Shown here piece after piece: positions 12,603-24,423 of a stretch of 64,000 nucleotides of DNA. This DNA comes from Escherichia coli. Its GTDB lineage: Bacteria > Pseudomonadota > Gammaproteobacteria > Enterobacterales > Enterobacteriaceae. The DNA lies in assembly GCF_002854065.1 (NCBI RefSeq), contig NZ_CP024147.1; one strand, written 5' to 3'. The notes under the pieces are model-generated. The model did not search any database. It had not been told where the DNA came from and saw only the letters and a program-made list of their open reading frames with translations. Position 1 is the stretch's first letter. Each line of letters starts with the position of its first letter. The position numbers were made by a program, and so were the translations under genes.

Positions 12603-13889
12603 ATGAAACTCTACAATCTTAAAGATCACAATGAGCAGGTCAGCTTTGCGCAAGCCGTAACCCAGGGGTTGGGCAAAAATCAGGGGCTGTTTTTTCCGCA
12701 CGACCTGCCGGAATTCAGCCTGACTGAAATTGATGAGATGCTGAAGCTGGATTTTGTCACCCGCAGTGCGAAGATCCTCTCGGCGTTTATTGGTGATGAA
12801 ATCCCGCAGGAAATCCTGGAAGAGCGCGTGCGCGCGGCGTTTGCCTTCCCGGCTCCGGTCGCCAATGTTGAAAGCGATGTCGGTTGTCTGGAATTGTTCC
12901 ACGGGCCAACGCTGGCATTTAAAGATTTCGGCGGTCGCTTTATGGCACAAATGCTGACCCATATTGCGGGCGATAAGCCAGTGACCATTCTGACCGCGAC
13001 CTCCGGTGATACCGGAGCGGCAGTGGCTCATGCTTTCTACGGTTTACCGAATGTGAAAGTGGTTATCCTCTATCCACGAGGCAAAATCAGTCCACTGCAA
13101 GAAAAACTGTTCTGTACATTGGGCGGCAATATCGAAACTGTTGCCATCGACGGCGATTTCGATGCCTGTCAGGCGCTGGTGAAGCAGGCGTTTGATGATG
13201 AAGAGCTGAAAGTGGCGCTGGGGTTAAACTCAGCTAACTCGATTAACATCAGCCGGTTGCTGGCGCAGATTTGCTACTACTTTGAAGCAGTTGCGCAGCT
13301 GCCGCAGGAAGCGCGCAACCAGCTGGTTGTCTCGGTGCCAAGCGGAAACTTCGGCGATTTGACGGCGGGTCTGCTGGCGAAGTCACTCGGTCTGCCGGTG
13401 AAACGTTTTATTGCTGCGACCAACGTGAACGATACCGTGCCACGTTTCCTGCACGACGGTCAGTGGTCACCCAAAGCGACTCAGGCGACGTTATCCAACG
13501 CGATGGACGTGAGTCAGCCGAACAACTGGCCGCGTGTGGAAGAGTTGTTCCGCCGCAAAATCTGGCAACTGAAAGAGCTGGGTTATGCAGCCGTGGATGA
13601 TGAAACCACGCAACAGACAATGCGTGAGTTAAAAGAACTGGGCTACACTTCGGAGCCGCACGCTGCCGTAGCGTATCGTGCGCTGCGTGACCAGTTGAAT
13701 CCAGGCGAATATGGCTTGTTCCTCGGCACCGCGCATCCGGCGAAATTTAAAGAGAGCGTGGAAGCGATTCTCGGTGAAACGTTGGATCTGCCAAAAGAGC
13801 TGGCAGAACGTGCCGATTTACCCTTGCTTTCGCATAATCTGCCCGCCGATTTTGCTGCGTTGCGTAAATTGATGATGAATCATCAGTAA
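12603..13889 (+). CDS. thrC: Threonine synthase
   Basis: 428-aa ORF MKLYNLKDHNEQVSFAQAVTQGLGKNQGLFFP... Confidence 0.95.
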   Translation: MKLYNLKDHNEQVSFAQAVTQGLGKNQGLFFPHDLPEFSLTEIDEMLKLDFVTRSAKILSAFIGDEIPQEILEERVRAAFAFPAPVANVESDVGCLELFHGPTLAFKDFGGRFMAQMLTHIAGDKPVTILTATSGDTGAAVAHAFYGLPNVKVVILYPRGKISPLQEKLFCTLGGNIETVAIDGDFDACQALVKQAFDDEELKVALGLNSANSINISRLLAQICYYFEAVAQLPQEARNQLVVSVPSGNFGDLTAGLLAKSLGLPVKRFIAATNVNDTVPRFLHDGQWSPKATQATLSNAMDVSQPNNWPRVEELFRRKIWQLKELGYAAVDDETTQQTMRELKELGYTSEPHAAVAYRALRDQLNPGEYGLFLGTAHPAKFKESVEAILGETLDLPKELAERADLPLLSHNLPADFAALRKLMMNHQ

Positions 13890-13910
13890 CAGCTATTCAT
13901 TATCTCAATC

Positions 13911-13946
13911 AGGCCGGGTTTGCTTTTATGCAGCCCGGCTTTTTTG
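13911..13946 (+). terminator. thr operon terminator
   Basis: aggccgggtttgcttttatgcagcccggcttttttg hairpin plus T-run. Confidence 0.6.
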
Positions 13947-14102
13947 TGAAGAAAATATGGAGAGAAACGACAGGGAAAAAGGAGGAATTCTCAATAAATG
14001 CGGTAACTTAGAGATTAGGATTGCGGAGAATAACAACCGCCGTTCTCATCGCGTAATCTCCGGATATCGACCCATAACGGGCAATGATAAAAGGAGTAAC
14101 CT

Positions 14103-14399
14103 GTGAAAAAGATGCAATCTATCGTACTCGCACTTTCCCTGGTTCTGGTCGCTCCCATGGCAACGCAGGCTGCGGAAATTACGTTAGTCCCGTCAGTAAA
14201 ATTACAGATAGGCGATCGTGATAATCGTGGCTATTACTGGGATGGCGGTCATTGGCGCGACCACGGCTGGTGGAAACAACATTATGAATGGCGAGGCAAT
14301 CGCTGGCACCCACACGGACCGCCGCCACCGCCGCGTCACCATAAGAAAGCTCATCATGATCATCACGGCGGTTATGGTCCAGGCAAACATCACCGCTAA
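14103..14399 (+). CDS. yaaX: DUF2502-family secreted His/Pro-rich protein
   Basis: 98-aa ORF with signal peptide and [14 protein letters not shown] tail. Confidence 0.8.
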   Translation: MKKMQSIVLALSLVLVAPMATQAAEITLVPSVKLQIGDRDNRGYYWDGGHWRDHGWWKQHYEWRGNRWHPHGPPPPPRHHKKAHHDHHGGYGPGKHHR

Positions 14400-14540
14400 A
14401 TGACAAATGCCGGGTAACAATCCGGCATTCAGCGCCTGATGCGACGCTGGCGCGTCTTATCAGGCCTACGTGAATTCTGCAATATATTGAATCTGCATGC
14501 TTTTGTAGGCCGGATAAGGCGTTCACGCCGCATCCGGCAT
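14400..14540. repeat. REP/BIME palindromic units downstream of yaaX
   Basis: gcctgatgcgacgctggcgcgtcttatcaggcctac ... gccggataaggcgttcacgccgcatccggc. Confidence 0.6.
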
Positions 14541-14551
14541 TGACTACAAAC

Positions 14552-15328
14552 TTAACGCTGCTCGTAGCGTTTAAACACCAGTTCGCCATTGCTGGAGGAA
14601 GCTTCATCAAAGAAGTAACCTTCGCTATTAAAACCAGTCAGTTGCTCTGGTTTGGTCAGCCGATTTTCAATAATGAAACGACTCATCAGACCGCGTGCTT
14701 TCTTAGCGTAGAAGCTGATTATCTTAAATTTGCCGTTCTTCTCATCGAGGAACACCGGCTTGATAATCTCGGCATTCAATTTCTTCGGCTTCACCGATTT
14801 AAAATACTCATCTGACGCCAGATTAATCACCACATTATCGCCTTGTGCTGCGAGCGCCTCGTTCAGCTTGTTGGTGATGATATCTCCCCAGAATTGATAC
14901 AGATCTTTCCCTCGGGCATTCTCAAGACGGATCCCCATTTCCAGACGATAAGGCTGCATTAAATCGAGCGGGCGGAGTACGCCATACAAGCCGGAAAGCA
15001 TTCGCAAATGCTGTTGGGCAAAATCGAAATCGTCTTCGCTGAAGGTTTCGGCCTGCAAGCCGGTGTAGACATCACCTTTAAACGCCAGAATCGCCTGGCG
15101 GGCATTCTCCGGCGTGAAATCTGGCTGCCAGTCATGAAAGCGAGCGGCGTTGATACCTGCCAGTTTGTCGCTGATACGCATCAGCGTGCTAATCTGCGGA
15201 GGCGTCAGTTTCCGCGCTTCATGGATCAACTGCTGGGAATTGTCTAACAGCTCCGGCAGCGTATATCGCGTGGTGGTCAACGGGCTTTGGTAATCAAGCG
15301 TTTTCGCAGGTGAAATAAGAATCAGCAT
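14552..15328 (-). CDS. yaaA: Peroxide stress protein YaaA (DUF328)
   Basis: 258-aa [31 protein letters not shown]... Confidence 0.9.
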   Translation of the reverse strand: MLILISPAKTLDYQSPLTTTRYTLPELLDNSQQLIHEARKLTPPQISTLMRISDKLAGINAARFHDWQPDFTPENARQAILAFKGDVYTGLQAETFSEDDFDFAQQHLRMLSGLYGVLRPLDLMQPYRLEMGIRLENARGKDLYQFWGDIITNKLNEALAAQGDNVVINLASDEYFKSVKPKKLNAEIIKPVFLDEKNGKFKIISFYAKKARGLMSRFIIENRLTKPEQLTGFNSEGYFFDEASSSNGELVFKRYEQR

Positions 15329-15397
15329 ATCCAGTCCTTGCAGGAAATTTATGCCGACTTTAGCAAAAAAAGAGAATGAGTTGATCGATAGTTGTGA

Positions 15398-16828
15398 TTA
15401 CTCCTGCGAAACATCATCCCACGCGTCCCGAGAAAGCTGGCGACCGATATCCGGATAACGCAACGGATCAAACACCGGGCGCACGCCGAGTTTACGCTGG
15501 CGTAGATAATCACTGGCAATGGTATGAACCACAGGCGAGAGCAGTAAAATGGCGGTCAAATTGGTAATAGCCATGCAGGCCATTATGATATCTGCCAGTT
15601 GCCACATCAGCGGAAGACTTAGCAAGGTGCCGCCGATGACCGTTGCGAAGGTGCAGATCCGCAAACACCAGATCGCTTTAGGGTTGTTCAGGCGTAAAAA
15701 GAAGAGATTGTTTTCGGCATAAATGTAGTTGGCAACGATGGAGCTGAAGGCAAACAGAATAACCACGAGGGTAACAAACTCAGCACCCCAGGAACCCATT
15801 AGCACCCGCATCGCCTTCTGGATAAGCTGAATACCTTCCAGCGGCATGTAGGTTGTGCCGTTACCCGCCAGTAATATCAGCATGGCGCTTGCCGTACAGA
15901 TGACCAGGGTGTCGATAAAAATGCCAATCATCTGGACAATTCCTTGCGCTGCCGGATGCGGAGGCCAGGACGCCGCTGCCGCTGCCGCGTTTGGCGTCGA
16001 ACCCATTCCCGCCTCATTGGAAAACATACTGCGCTGAAAACCGTTAGTAATCGCCTGGCTTAAGGTATATCCCGCCGCGCCGCCTGCCGCTTCCTGCCAG
16101 CCAAAAGCACTCTCAAAAATAGACCAAATGACGTGGGGAAGTTGCCCGATATTTATTACGCAAATCACCAGGCTGGTCAGTACCCAGATTATCGCCATCA
16201 ACGGGACAAACCCCTGCATGAGCCGGGCGACGCCATGAAGACCGCGAGTGATTGCCAGCAGAGCAAAGACAGCGAGAATAATGCCTGTCACCAGCGGGGG
16301 AAAATCAAAAGAAAAACTCAGGGCTCGGGCAACAGCGTTTGCCTGAACTCCGCTGAAAATTATGCCGTAGGCGATGAGCAAAAAGACGGCGAACAGAACG
16401 CCCATCCAGCGCATCCCCAGCCCGCGCGACATATACCATGCCGGTCCGCCACGAAACTGCCCATTGACGTCACGTTCTTTATAAAGTTGTGCAAGGGAAC
16501 ATTCGGCAAACGAGGTCGCCATGCCGATAAACGCGGCAACCCACATCCAGAAGACGGCTCCAGGTCCACCGGCGGTAATAGCCAGCGCAACGCCGGCCAG
16601 GTTGCCGCTACCCACGCGCGCCGCAAGACTGGTACACAATGACTGAAATGAGGTTAAACCGCCTGGCTGTGGATGAATGCTATTTTTAAGACTTTTGCCA
16701 AACTGGCGGATGTAGCGAAACTGCACAAATCCGGTGCGAAAAGTGAACCAACAACCTGCGCCGAAGAGCAGGTAAATCATTACCGATCCCCAAAGGACGC
16801 TGTTAATAAAGGAGAAAAAATCTGGCAT
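15398..16828 (-). CDS. yaaJ: Sodium:alanine symporter family transporter
   Basis: 476-aa polytopic membrane ORF at the conserved position. Confidence 0.9.
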   Translation of the reverse strand: MPDFFSFINSVLWGSVMIYLLFGAGCWFTFRTGFVQFRYIRQFGKSLKNSIHPQPGGLTSFQSLCTSLAARVGSGNLAGVALAITAGGPGAVFWMWVAAFIGMATSFAECSLAQLYKERDVNGQFRGGPAWYMSRGLGMRWMGVLFAVFLLIAYGIIFSGVQANAVARALSFSFDFPPLVTGIILAVFALLAITRGLHGVARLMQGFVPLMAIIWVLTSLVICVINIGQLPHVIWSIFESAFGWQEAAGGAAGYTLSQAITNGFQRSMFSNEAGMGSTPNAAAAAASWPPHPAAQGIVQMIGIFIDTLVICTASAMLILLAGNGTTYMPLEGIQLIQKAMRVLMGSWGAEFVTLVVILFAFSSIVANYIYAENNLFFLRLNNPKAIWCLRICTFATVIGGTLLSLPLMWQLADIIMACMAITNLTAILLLSPVVHTIASDYLRQRKLGVRPVFDPLRYPDIGRQLSRDAWDDVSQE

Positions 16829-17106
16829 GCATATCCCTCTTATTGCCGGTCGCGATGACTTTCCTGTGTAAACGTTACCAATTGTTTAAGAAGTATATAC
16901 GCTACGAGGTACTTGATAACTTCTGCGTAGCATACATGAGGTTTTGTTTAAAAATGGCGGGCGATATCAACGCAGTGTCAGAAATCCGAAACAGTCTCGC
17001 CTGGCGATAACCGTCTTGTCGGCGGTTGCGCTGACGTTGCGTCGTGATATCATCAGGGCAGACCGGTTACATCCCCCTAACAAGCTGTTTAAAGAGAAAT
17101 ACTATC

Positions 17107-18060
17107 ATGACGGACAAATTGACCTCCCTTCGTCAGTACACCACCGTAGTGGCCGACACTGGGGACATCGCGGCAATGAAGCTGTATCAACCGCAGGATG
17201 CCACAACCAACCCTTCTCTCATTCTTAACGCAGCGCAGATTCCGGAATATCGTAAGTTGATTGATGATGCTGTCGCCTGGGCGAAACAGCAGAGCAACGA
17301 TCGCGCGCAGCAGATCGTGGACGCGACCGACAAACTGGCAGTAAATATTGGTCTGGAAATCCTGAAACTGGTTCCGGGCCGTATCTCAACTGAAGTTGAT
17401 GCGCGTCTTTCCTATGACACCGAAGCGTCAATTGCGAAAGCAAAACGCCTGATCAAACTCTACAACGATGCAGGTATTAGCAACGATCGTATTCTGATCA
17501 AACTGGCTTCTACCTGGCAGGGTATCCGTGCTGCGGAACAGCTGGAAAAAGAAGGCATCAACTGTAACCTGACCCTGCTGTTCTCCTTCGCTCAGGCTCG
17601 TGCTTGTGCGGAAGCGGGCGTATTCCTGATCTCGCCGTTTGTTGGTCGTATTCTTGATTGGTACAAAGCGAATACCGATAAGAAAGAGTACGCTCCGGCA
17701 GAAGATCCGGGCGTGGTTTCTGTATCTGAAATCTACCAGTACTACAAAGAGCACGGTTATGAAACCGTGGTTATGGGCGCAAGCTTCCGTAACATCGGCG
17801 AAATTCTGGAACTGGCAGGCTGCGACCGTCTGACCATCGCACCGGCACTGCTGAAAGAGCTGGCGGAGAGCGAAGGGGCTATCGAACGTAAACTGTCTTA
17901 CACCGGCGAAGTGAAAGCGCGTCCGGCGCGTATCACTGAGTCCGAGTTCCTGTGGCAGCACAACCAGGATCCAATGGCAGTAGATAAACTGGCGGAAGGT
18001 ATCCGTAAGTTTGCTATTGACCAGGAAAAACTGGAAAAAATGATCGGCGATCTGCTGTAA
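17107..18060 (+). CDS. talB: Transaldolase B
   Basis: Start at [27 protein letters not shown] inside ORF 17044..18060; 317 aa. Confidence 0.95.
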
Positions 18061-18174
18061 TCATTCTTAGCGTGACCGGGAAGTCGGTCACGCTACCTCT
18101 TCTGAAGCCTGTCTGTCACTCCCTTCGCAGTGTATCATTCTGTTTAACGAGACTGTTTAAACGGAAAAATCTTG

Positions 18175-18762
18175 ATGAATACTTTACGTATTGGCTTAGT
18201 TTCCATCTCTGATCGCGCATCCAGCGGCGTTTATCAGGATAAAGGTATCCCTGCGCTGGAAGAATGGCTGACATCGGCGCTAACCACGCCGTTTGAACTG
18301 GAAACCCGCTTAATCCCCGATGAGCAGGCGATCATCGAGCAAACGTTGTGTGAGCTGGTGGATGAAATGAGTTGCCATCTGGTGCTCACCACGGGCGGAA
18401 CTGGCCCGGCGCGTCGTGACGTAACGCCCGATGCGACACTGGCAGTAGCGGACCGCGAGATGCCTGGCTTTGGTGAACAGATGCGCCAGATCAGCCTGCA
18501 TTTTGTACCAACTGCGATCCTTTCGCGTCAGGTGGGTGTGATTCGCAAACAGGCGCTGATCCTTAACTTACCCGGTCAGCCGAAGTCTATTAAAGAGACG
18601 CTGGAAGGTGTGAAGGACGCTGAGGGTAACGTTGTGGTACACGGTATTTTTGCCAGCGTACCGTACTGCATTCAGTTGCTGGAAGGGCCATACGTTGAAA
18701 CGGCACCAGAAGTGGTTGCTGCATTCAGACCGAAGAGTGCAAGACGCGACGTTAGCGAATAA
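18175..18762 (+). CDS. mog: Molybdopterin adenylyltransferase
   Basis: MNTLRIGLVSISDRASSGVY...; 195 aa. Confidence 0.9.
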   Translation: MNTLRIGLVSISDRASSGVYQDKGIPALEEWLTSALTTPFELETRLIPDEQAIIEQTLCELVDEMSCHLVLTTGGTGPARRDVTPDATLAVADREMPGFGEQMRQISLHFVPTAILSRQVGVIRKQALILNLPGQPKSIKETLEGVKDAEGNVVVHGIFASVPYCIQLLEGPYVETAPEVVAAFRPKSARRDVSE

Positions 18763-18766
18763 AAAA

Positions 18767-18786
18767 ATCCCCCCGAGCGGGGGGAT
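18767..18786. terminator. Bidirectional terminator between mog and satP
   Basis: atccccccgagcggggggat perfect hairpin flanked by A-run and T/A-rich sequence. Confidence 0.6.
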
Positions 18787-18796
18787 CTCAAAACAA

Positions 18797-19363
18797 TTAG
18801 TGGGATTCACCAATCGGCAGAACGGTGCGACCAAACTGCTCGTTCAGCACTTCACCCATCGCCAGATAGATTGCGCTGGCACCGCAGATCAGACCAATCC
18901 AGCCGGCAAAGTGGATGATCGCGGCATTACTGGCAATGTTACCGATCGCCAGCAGGGCAAACAGCACGGTCAGGCTAAAGAAAACGAATTGCAGGACGCG
19001 TGTGCCTTTCAGAGTGCCGAAGAACATAAACAACGTAAATACGCCCCACAGACCCAGGTAGACACCAAGGAACTGTGCATTTGGCGCATCGGTCAGACCC
19101 AGTTTCGGCATCAGCAGAATCGCAACCAGCGTCAGCCAGAAAGAACCGTAAGAGGTGAATGCGGTTAAACCGAAAGTGTTGCCTTTTTTGTACTCCAGCA
19201 GACCGGCAAAAATTTGCGCGATGCCGCCGTAGAAAATGCCCATGGCAAGAATAATACCGTCCAGAGCGAAATAACCCACGTTGTGCAGATTAAGCAGAAT
19301 GGTGGTCATGCCGAAGCCCATCAGGCCCAGCGGTGCCGGATTAGCCAACTTAGTGTTGCCCAT
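18797..19363 (-). CDS. satP: Acetate/succinate:H+ symporter (GPR1/FUN34/YaaH family)
   Basis: 188-aa membrane ORF MGNTKLANPAPLGLMGFGMTTILLNLHN... Confidence 0.9.
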   Translation of the reverse strand: MGNTKLANPAPLGLMGFGMTTILLNLHNVGYFALDGIILAMGIFYGGIAQIFAGLLEYKKGNTFGLTAFTSYGSFWLTLVAILLMPKLGLTDAPNAQFLGVYLGLWGVFTLFMFFGTLKGTRVLQFVFFSLTVLFALLAIGNIASNAAIIHFAGWIGLICGASAIYLAMGEVLNEQFGRTVLPIGESH

Positions 19364-19511
19364 AATTCCTCAAAAATCATCATCGAATGAATGGTGAAAT
19401 AATTTCCCTGAATAACTGTAGTGTTTTCAGGGCGCGGCATAATAATCAGCCAGTGGGGCAGTGTCTACGATCTTTTGAGGGGAAAATGAAAATTTTCCCC
19501 GGTTTCCGGTA

Positions 19512-20225
19512 TCAGACCTGAGTGGCGCTAACCATCCGGCGCAGGCAGGCTATTTGCAGTACGGCTGGAATCGTCACGCGATAGGCGCTGCCGCTGACCG
19601 CTTTAACCCCATTTAATGCTGCGCCCACAGGGCCTCCCAGACCCGCGCCGCGCAGCAAACCATGCCCAAGCACGCTCATTGCTGCGTGGGTGCGTAAAAT
19701 GCGGGTCAATTGGCTGGAAAGCAAATGCGACACGCCTTTTGCCAATAATTTGTCTTTCATCAGCAGCGGCAGCAGCTCTTCCAGCTCATTCACCCTGGCA
19801 TCGACCGCGTGCAGAAACTCCTGCTTATGTTCCTCGTCCATTTTCTTCCAGGTATTACGCAGAAATTGTTCCAGTAACTGTTGCTCAATTTCAAACGTAG
19901 ACATCTCTTTGTCGGCTTTCAGCTTCAATCGTTTTGAAACATCGAGCAAAATGGCCCGATACAATTTACCGTGTCCGCGCAGTTTGTTGGCGATACTATC
20001 GCCACCAAAATGCTGTAATTCTCCAGCAATCAGCTGCCAGTTGCGGCGATGTTGCTCGGGATGTCCTTCCATCGATTTAAACAGTTCGTTGCGCATCAGT
20101 ACGCTGGAGAGGCGAGTTTTGCCTTTTTCATTATGGGTGAGCAGCCGGGCGAAATTTGCTAACTGTTCCTCACTACAATGCTGGAGAAAATCCAGATCTG
20201 AATCATTCAGGTAATTAACATTCAT
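19512..20225 (-). CDS. yaaW: UPF0174 protein YaaW
   Basis: 237-aa ORF at the conserved position. Confidence 0.85.
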   Translation of the reverse strand: MNVNYLNDSDLDFLQHCSEEQLANFARLLTHNEKGKTRLSSVLMRNELFKSMEGHPEQHRRNWQLIAGELQHFGGDSIANKLRGHGKLYRAILLDVSKRLKLKADKEMSTFEIEQQLLEQFLRNTWKKMDEEHKQEFLHAVDARVNELEELLPLLMKDKLLAKGVSHLLSSQLTRILRTHAAMSVLGHGLLRGAGLGGPVGAALNGVKAVSGSAYRVTIPAVLQIACLRRMVSATQV

Positions 20226-20250
20226 TTTTTGTGGCTTCTATATTCTGGCG

Positions 20251-20655
20251 TTAGTCGTCGCCGATAATTTTCAGCGTGGCCATATCCGATGAGTTCACCG
20301 TATGACCGGAAAAGGTGATTTTTGAGACGCAGCGTTTATTGTCGTTATCGCTGTTAATGTTGATCCAGTCAGTGGTTTGCCCTTCTTTTATTTCTGAAGG
20401 AATATTCAGGCTCTGACTGGCGCTACGGGCGGCTTTGAAATAAACCGATGCACCGCTTAACTGTAAATCGCCATGGTCGGCAGAGAGTTGTATGCGTTTC
20501 ACAATGCGACAAACAGGAAGTTTCAGCGCCAGATCGTTGGTTTCGTTACGCGGCATCGCAATGACGCCGAGGAGTTTATGGTTGTTTGCCTGCGCCGTGC
20601 AGCACAGCATCAGGCTAATCGCCAGGCTGGCGGAAATCGTAAAAACGGATTTCAT
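20251..20655 (-). CDS. yaaI: DUF2541 secreted protein YaaI
   Basis: 134-aa ORF with signal peptide. Confidence 0.85.
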   Translation of the reverse strand: MKSVFTISASLAISLMLCCTAQANNHKLLGVIAMPRNETNDLALKLPVCRIVKRIQLSADHGDLQLSGASVYFKAARSASQSLNIPSEIKEGQTTDWININSDNDNKRCVSKITFSGHTVNSSDMATLKIIGDD

Positions 20656-20873
20656 AAGGATTCTCTTAGTGGGAAGAGGTAGGGGGATGAATACCCACTA
20701 GTTTACTGCTGATAAAGAGAAGATTCAGGCACGTAATCTTTTCTTTTTATTACAATTTTTTGATGAATACCTTGGCTGCGATTCATTCTTTATATGAATA
20801 AAATTGCTGTCAATTTTACGTCTTGTCCTGCCATATCGCGAAATTTCTGCGCAAAAGCACAAAAAATTTTTGC

Positions 20874-20986
20874 ATCTCCCCCTTGATGACGTGGGTTACG
20901 ACCCCATTTAGTAGTCAACCGCAGTGAGTGAGTCTGCAAAAAAATGAAATTGGGCAGTTGAAACCAGACGTTTCGCCCCTATTACA
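20874..20986 (+). promoter_or_regulatory. dnaK heat-shock (sigma-32) promoters P1 and P2
   Basis: tctcccccttgatga ... gaccccatttagt and ttgaaa ... cgcccctattac match the sigma-32 -35/-10 consensus (CTTGAA / CCCCATnT) upstream of dnaK. Confidence 0.7.
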
Positions 20987-21031
20987 GACTCACAACCACA
21001 TGATGACTGAATATATAGTGGAGACGTTTAG

Positions 21032-22948
21032 ATGGGTAAAATAATTGGTATCGACCTGGGTACTACCAACTCTTGTGTAGCGATTATGGATGGCACCACT
21101 CCTCGCGTGCTGGAGAACGCCGAAGGCGATCGCACCACGCCTTCTATTATTGCCTATACCCAGGATGGTGAAACTCTGGTTGGTCAGCCGGCTAAACGTC
21201 AGGCAGTGACGAACCCGCAAAACACCCTGTTTGCGATTAAACGCCTGATTGGCCGCCGCTTCCAGGACGAAGAAGTACAGCGTGATGTTTCCATCATGCC
21301 GTTCAAAATTATTGCTGCTGATAACGGCGACGCATGGGTCGAAGTTAAAGGCCAGAAAATGGCACCGCCGCAGATTTCTGCTGAAGTGCTGAAAAAAATG
21401 AAGAAAACCGCTGAAGATTACCTGGGTGAACCGGTAACTGAAGCTGTTATCACCGTACCGGCATACTTTAACGATGCTCAGCGTCAGGCAACCAAAGACG
21501 CAGGCCGTATCGCTGGTCTCGAAGTAAAACGTATCATCAACGAACCGACCGCAGCTGCGCTGGCTTACGGTCTGGACAAAGGTACTGGCAACCGTACTAT
21601 CGCGGTTTATGACCTGGGTGGTGGTACTTTCGATATTTCTATTATTGAAATCGACGAAGTTGACGGCGAAAAAACCTTCGAAGTTCTGGCAACCAACGGT
21701 GATACCCACCTGGGTGGTGAAGACTTCGACAGCCGTCTGATCAACTATCTGGTTGAAGAATTCAAGAAAGATCAGGGCATTGACCTGCGCAACGATCCGC
21801 TGGCAATGCAGCGCCTGAAAGAAGCGGCAGAAAAAGCGAAAATCGAACTGTCTTCCGCTCAGCAGACCGACGTTAACCTGCCGTACATCACTGCAGACGC
21901 GACCGGTCCGAAACACATGAACATCAAAGTGACTCGTGCGAAACTGGAAAGCCTGGTTGAAGATCTGGTTAACCGTTCCATCGAGCCGCTGAAAGTTGCA
22001 CTGCAGGACGCTGGCCTGTCTGTATCTGATATCGACGACGTTATCCTCGTTGGTGGTCAGACTCGTATGCCAATGGTTCAGAAGAAAGTTGCTGAGTTCT
22101 TTGGTAAAGAGCCGCGTAAAGACGTTAACCCGGACGAAGCTGTAGCAATCGGTGCTGCTGTTCAGGGTGGTGTTCTGACTGGTGACGTAAAAGACGTACT
22201 GCTGCTGGACGTTACCCCGCTGTCTCTGGGTATCGAAACCATGGGCGGTGTGATGACGACGCTGATCGCGAAAAACACCACTATCCCGACCAAGCACAGC
22301 CAGGTGTTCTCTACCGCTGAAGACAACCAGTCTGCGGTAACCATCCATGTGCTGCAGGGTGAACGTAAACGTGCGGCTGATAACAAATCTCTGGGTCAGT
22401 TCAACCTGGATGGTATCAACCCGGCACCGCGCGGCATGCCGCAGATCGAAGTTACCTTCGATATCGATGCTGACGGTATCCTGCACGTTTCCGCGAAAGA
22501 TAAAAACAGCGGTAAAGAGCAGAAGATCACCATCAAGGCGTCTTCTGGTCTGAACGAAGATGAAATCCAGAAAATGGTACGCGACGCAGAAGCTAACGCC
22601 GAAGCTGACCGTAAGTTTGAAGAGCTGGTACAGACTCGCAACCAGGGCGACCATCTGCTGCACAGCACCCGTAAGCAGGTTGAAGAAGCAGGCGACAAAC
22701 TGCCGGCTGACGACAAAACTGCTATCGAGTCTGCACTGACTGCACTGGAAACTGCTCTGAAAGGTGAAGACAAAGCCGCTATCGAAGCGAAAATGCAGGA
22801 GCTGGCACAGGTTTCCCAGAAACTGATGGAAATCGCCCAGCAGCAACATGCCCAGCAGCAGACTGCCGGTGCTGATGCTTCTGCAAACAACGCGAAAGAT
22901 GACGATGTTGTCGACGCTGAATTTGAAGAAGTCAAAGACAAAAAATAA
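21032..22948 (+). CDS. dnaK: Hsp70 chaperone DnaK
   Basis: 638-aa [41 protein letters not shown]... Confidence 0.97.
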
Positions 22949-23036
22949 TCGCCCTATAAACGGGTAATTATACTGACACGGGCGAAGGGGAATTTCCTCT
23001 CCGCCCGTGCATTCATCTAGGGGCAATTTAAAAAAG

Positions 23037-24167
23037 ATGGCTAAGCAAGATTATTACGAGATTTTAGGCGTTTCCAAAACAGCGGAAGAGCGTGAAATCA
23101 AAAAGGCCTACAAACGCCTGGCCATGAAATACCACCCGGACCGTAACCAGGGTGACAAAGAGGCCGAGGCGAAATTTAAAGAGATCAAGGAAGCTTATAA
23201 AGTTCTGACCGACTCGCAAAAACGTGCGGCATACGATCAGTATGGTCATGCTGCGTTTGAGCAAGGTGGCATGGGCGGCGGCGGTTTTGGCGGCGGCGCA
23301 GACTTCAGCGATATTTTTGGTGACGTTTTCGGCGATATTTTTGGCGGCGGACGTGGTCGTCAACGTGCGGCGCGCGGTGCTGATTTACGCTATAACATGG
23401 AGCTCACCCTCGAAGAAGCTGTACGTGGCGTGACCAAAGAGATCCGCATTCCGACTCTGGAAGAGTGTGACGTTTGCCACGGTAGCGGTGCAAAACCAGG
23501 TACACAGCCGCAGACCTGTCCGACCTGTCATGGTTCTGGTCAGGTGCAGATGCGCCAGGGTTTCTTTGCCGTGCAGCAGACCTGTCCACACTGTCAGGGC
23601 CGCGGTACGCTGATCAAAGATCCGTGCAACAAATGTCATGGTCATGGTCGTGTTGAGCGCAGCAAAACGCTGTCCGTTAAAATCCCGGCAGGGGTGGACA
23701 CTGGAGACCGCATCCGTCTTGCGGGCGAAGGTGAAGCGGGTGAGCATGGCGCACCGGCAGGCGATCTGTACGTTCAGGTTCAGGTTAAACAGCACCCGAT
23801 TTTCGAGCGTGAAGGCAACAACCTGTATTGCGAAGTCCCGATCAACTTCGCTATGGCGGCGCTGGGTGGTGAAATCGAAGTACCGACCCTTGATGGTCGC
23901 GTTAAACTGAAAGTGCCTGGCGAAACCCAGACCGGTAAGCTGTTCCGTATGCGCGGTAAAGGCGTCAAGTCTGTCCGCGGTGGCGCACAGGGTGATTTGC
24001 TGTGCCGCGTTGTCGTCGAAACACCGGTAGGCCTGAACGAGAAGCAGAAACAGCTGCTGCAAGAGCTGCAAGAAAGCTTCGGTGGCCCAACCGGCGAGCA
24101 CAACAGCCCGCGCTCAAAGAGCTTCTTTGATGGTGTGAAGAAGTTTTTTGACGACCTGACCCGCTAA
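23037..24167 (+). CDS. dnaJ: Hsp40 co-chaperone DnaJ
   Basis: Start at [14 protein letters not shown] inside ORF 23007..24167; J-domain, G/F region, CxxCxGxG zinc fingers. Confidence 0.95.
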   Translation: MAKQDYYEILGVSKTAEEREIKKAYKRLAMKYHPDRNQGDKEAEAKFKEIKEAYKVLTDSQKRAAYDQYGHAAFEQGGMGGGGFGGGADFSDIFGDVFGDIFGGGRGRQRAARGADLRYNMELTLEEAVRGVTKEIRIPTLEECDVCHGSGAKPGTQPQTCPTCHGSGQVQMRQGFFAVQQTCPHCQGRGTLIKDPCNKCHGHGRVERSKTLSVKIPAGVDTGDRIRLAGEGEAGEHGAPAGDLYVQVQVKQHPIFEREGNNLYCEVPINFAMAALGGEIEVPTLDGRVKLKVPGETQTGKLFRMRGKGVKSVRGGAQGDLLCRVVVETPVGLNEKQKQLLQELQESFGGPTGEHNSPRSKSFFDGVKKFFDDLTR

Positions 24168-24270
24168 CCTTCCCAAAAGCCTGCCCGTGGGCAGGCCTGG
24201 GTAAAAATAGGGTGCGTTGAAGATATGCGAGCACCTGTAAAGTGGCGGGGATCACTCCCCGCCGTTGCTC

Positions 24271-24423
24271 TTACTCGGATTCGTAAGCCGTGAAAACAGC
24301 AACCTCCGTCTGGCCAGTTCGGATGTGAACCTCACAGAGGTCTTTTCTCGTTACCAGCGCCGCCACTACGGCGGTGATACAGATGACGATCAGGGCGACA
24401 ATCATCGCCTTATGCTGCTTCAT
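24271..24423 (-). CDS. hokC: Type I toxin HokC (Gef), 50 aa
   Basis: MKQHKAMIVALIVICITAVVAALVTRKDLCEVHIRTGQTEVAVFTAYESE is embedded in the 80-aa ORF 24271..24513, which is the overlapping mokC frame. Confidence 0.85.
   Translation of the reverse strand: MKQHKAMIVALIVICITAVVAALVTRKDLCEVHIRTGQTEVAVFTAYESE

Noticed and set aside
14179-14610. 143-aa minus-strand ORF overlapping yaaX and the adjacent REP region
   Set aside because: Overlaps a secreted-protein gene and palindromic repeats with no start-context support; likely spurious.
19690-20214. Serine-rich 174-aa plus-strand ORF overlapping yaaW (the position historically called htgA)
   Set aside because: Entirely embedded antisense to yaaW with low-complexity composition; known as a doubtful overlapping gene, and nothing in this window adds support.
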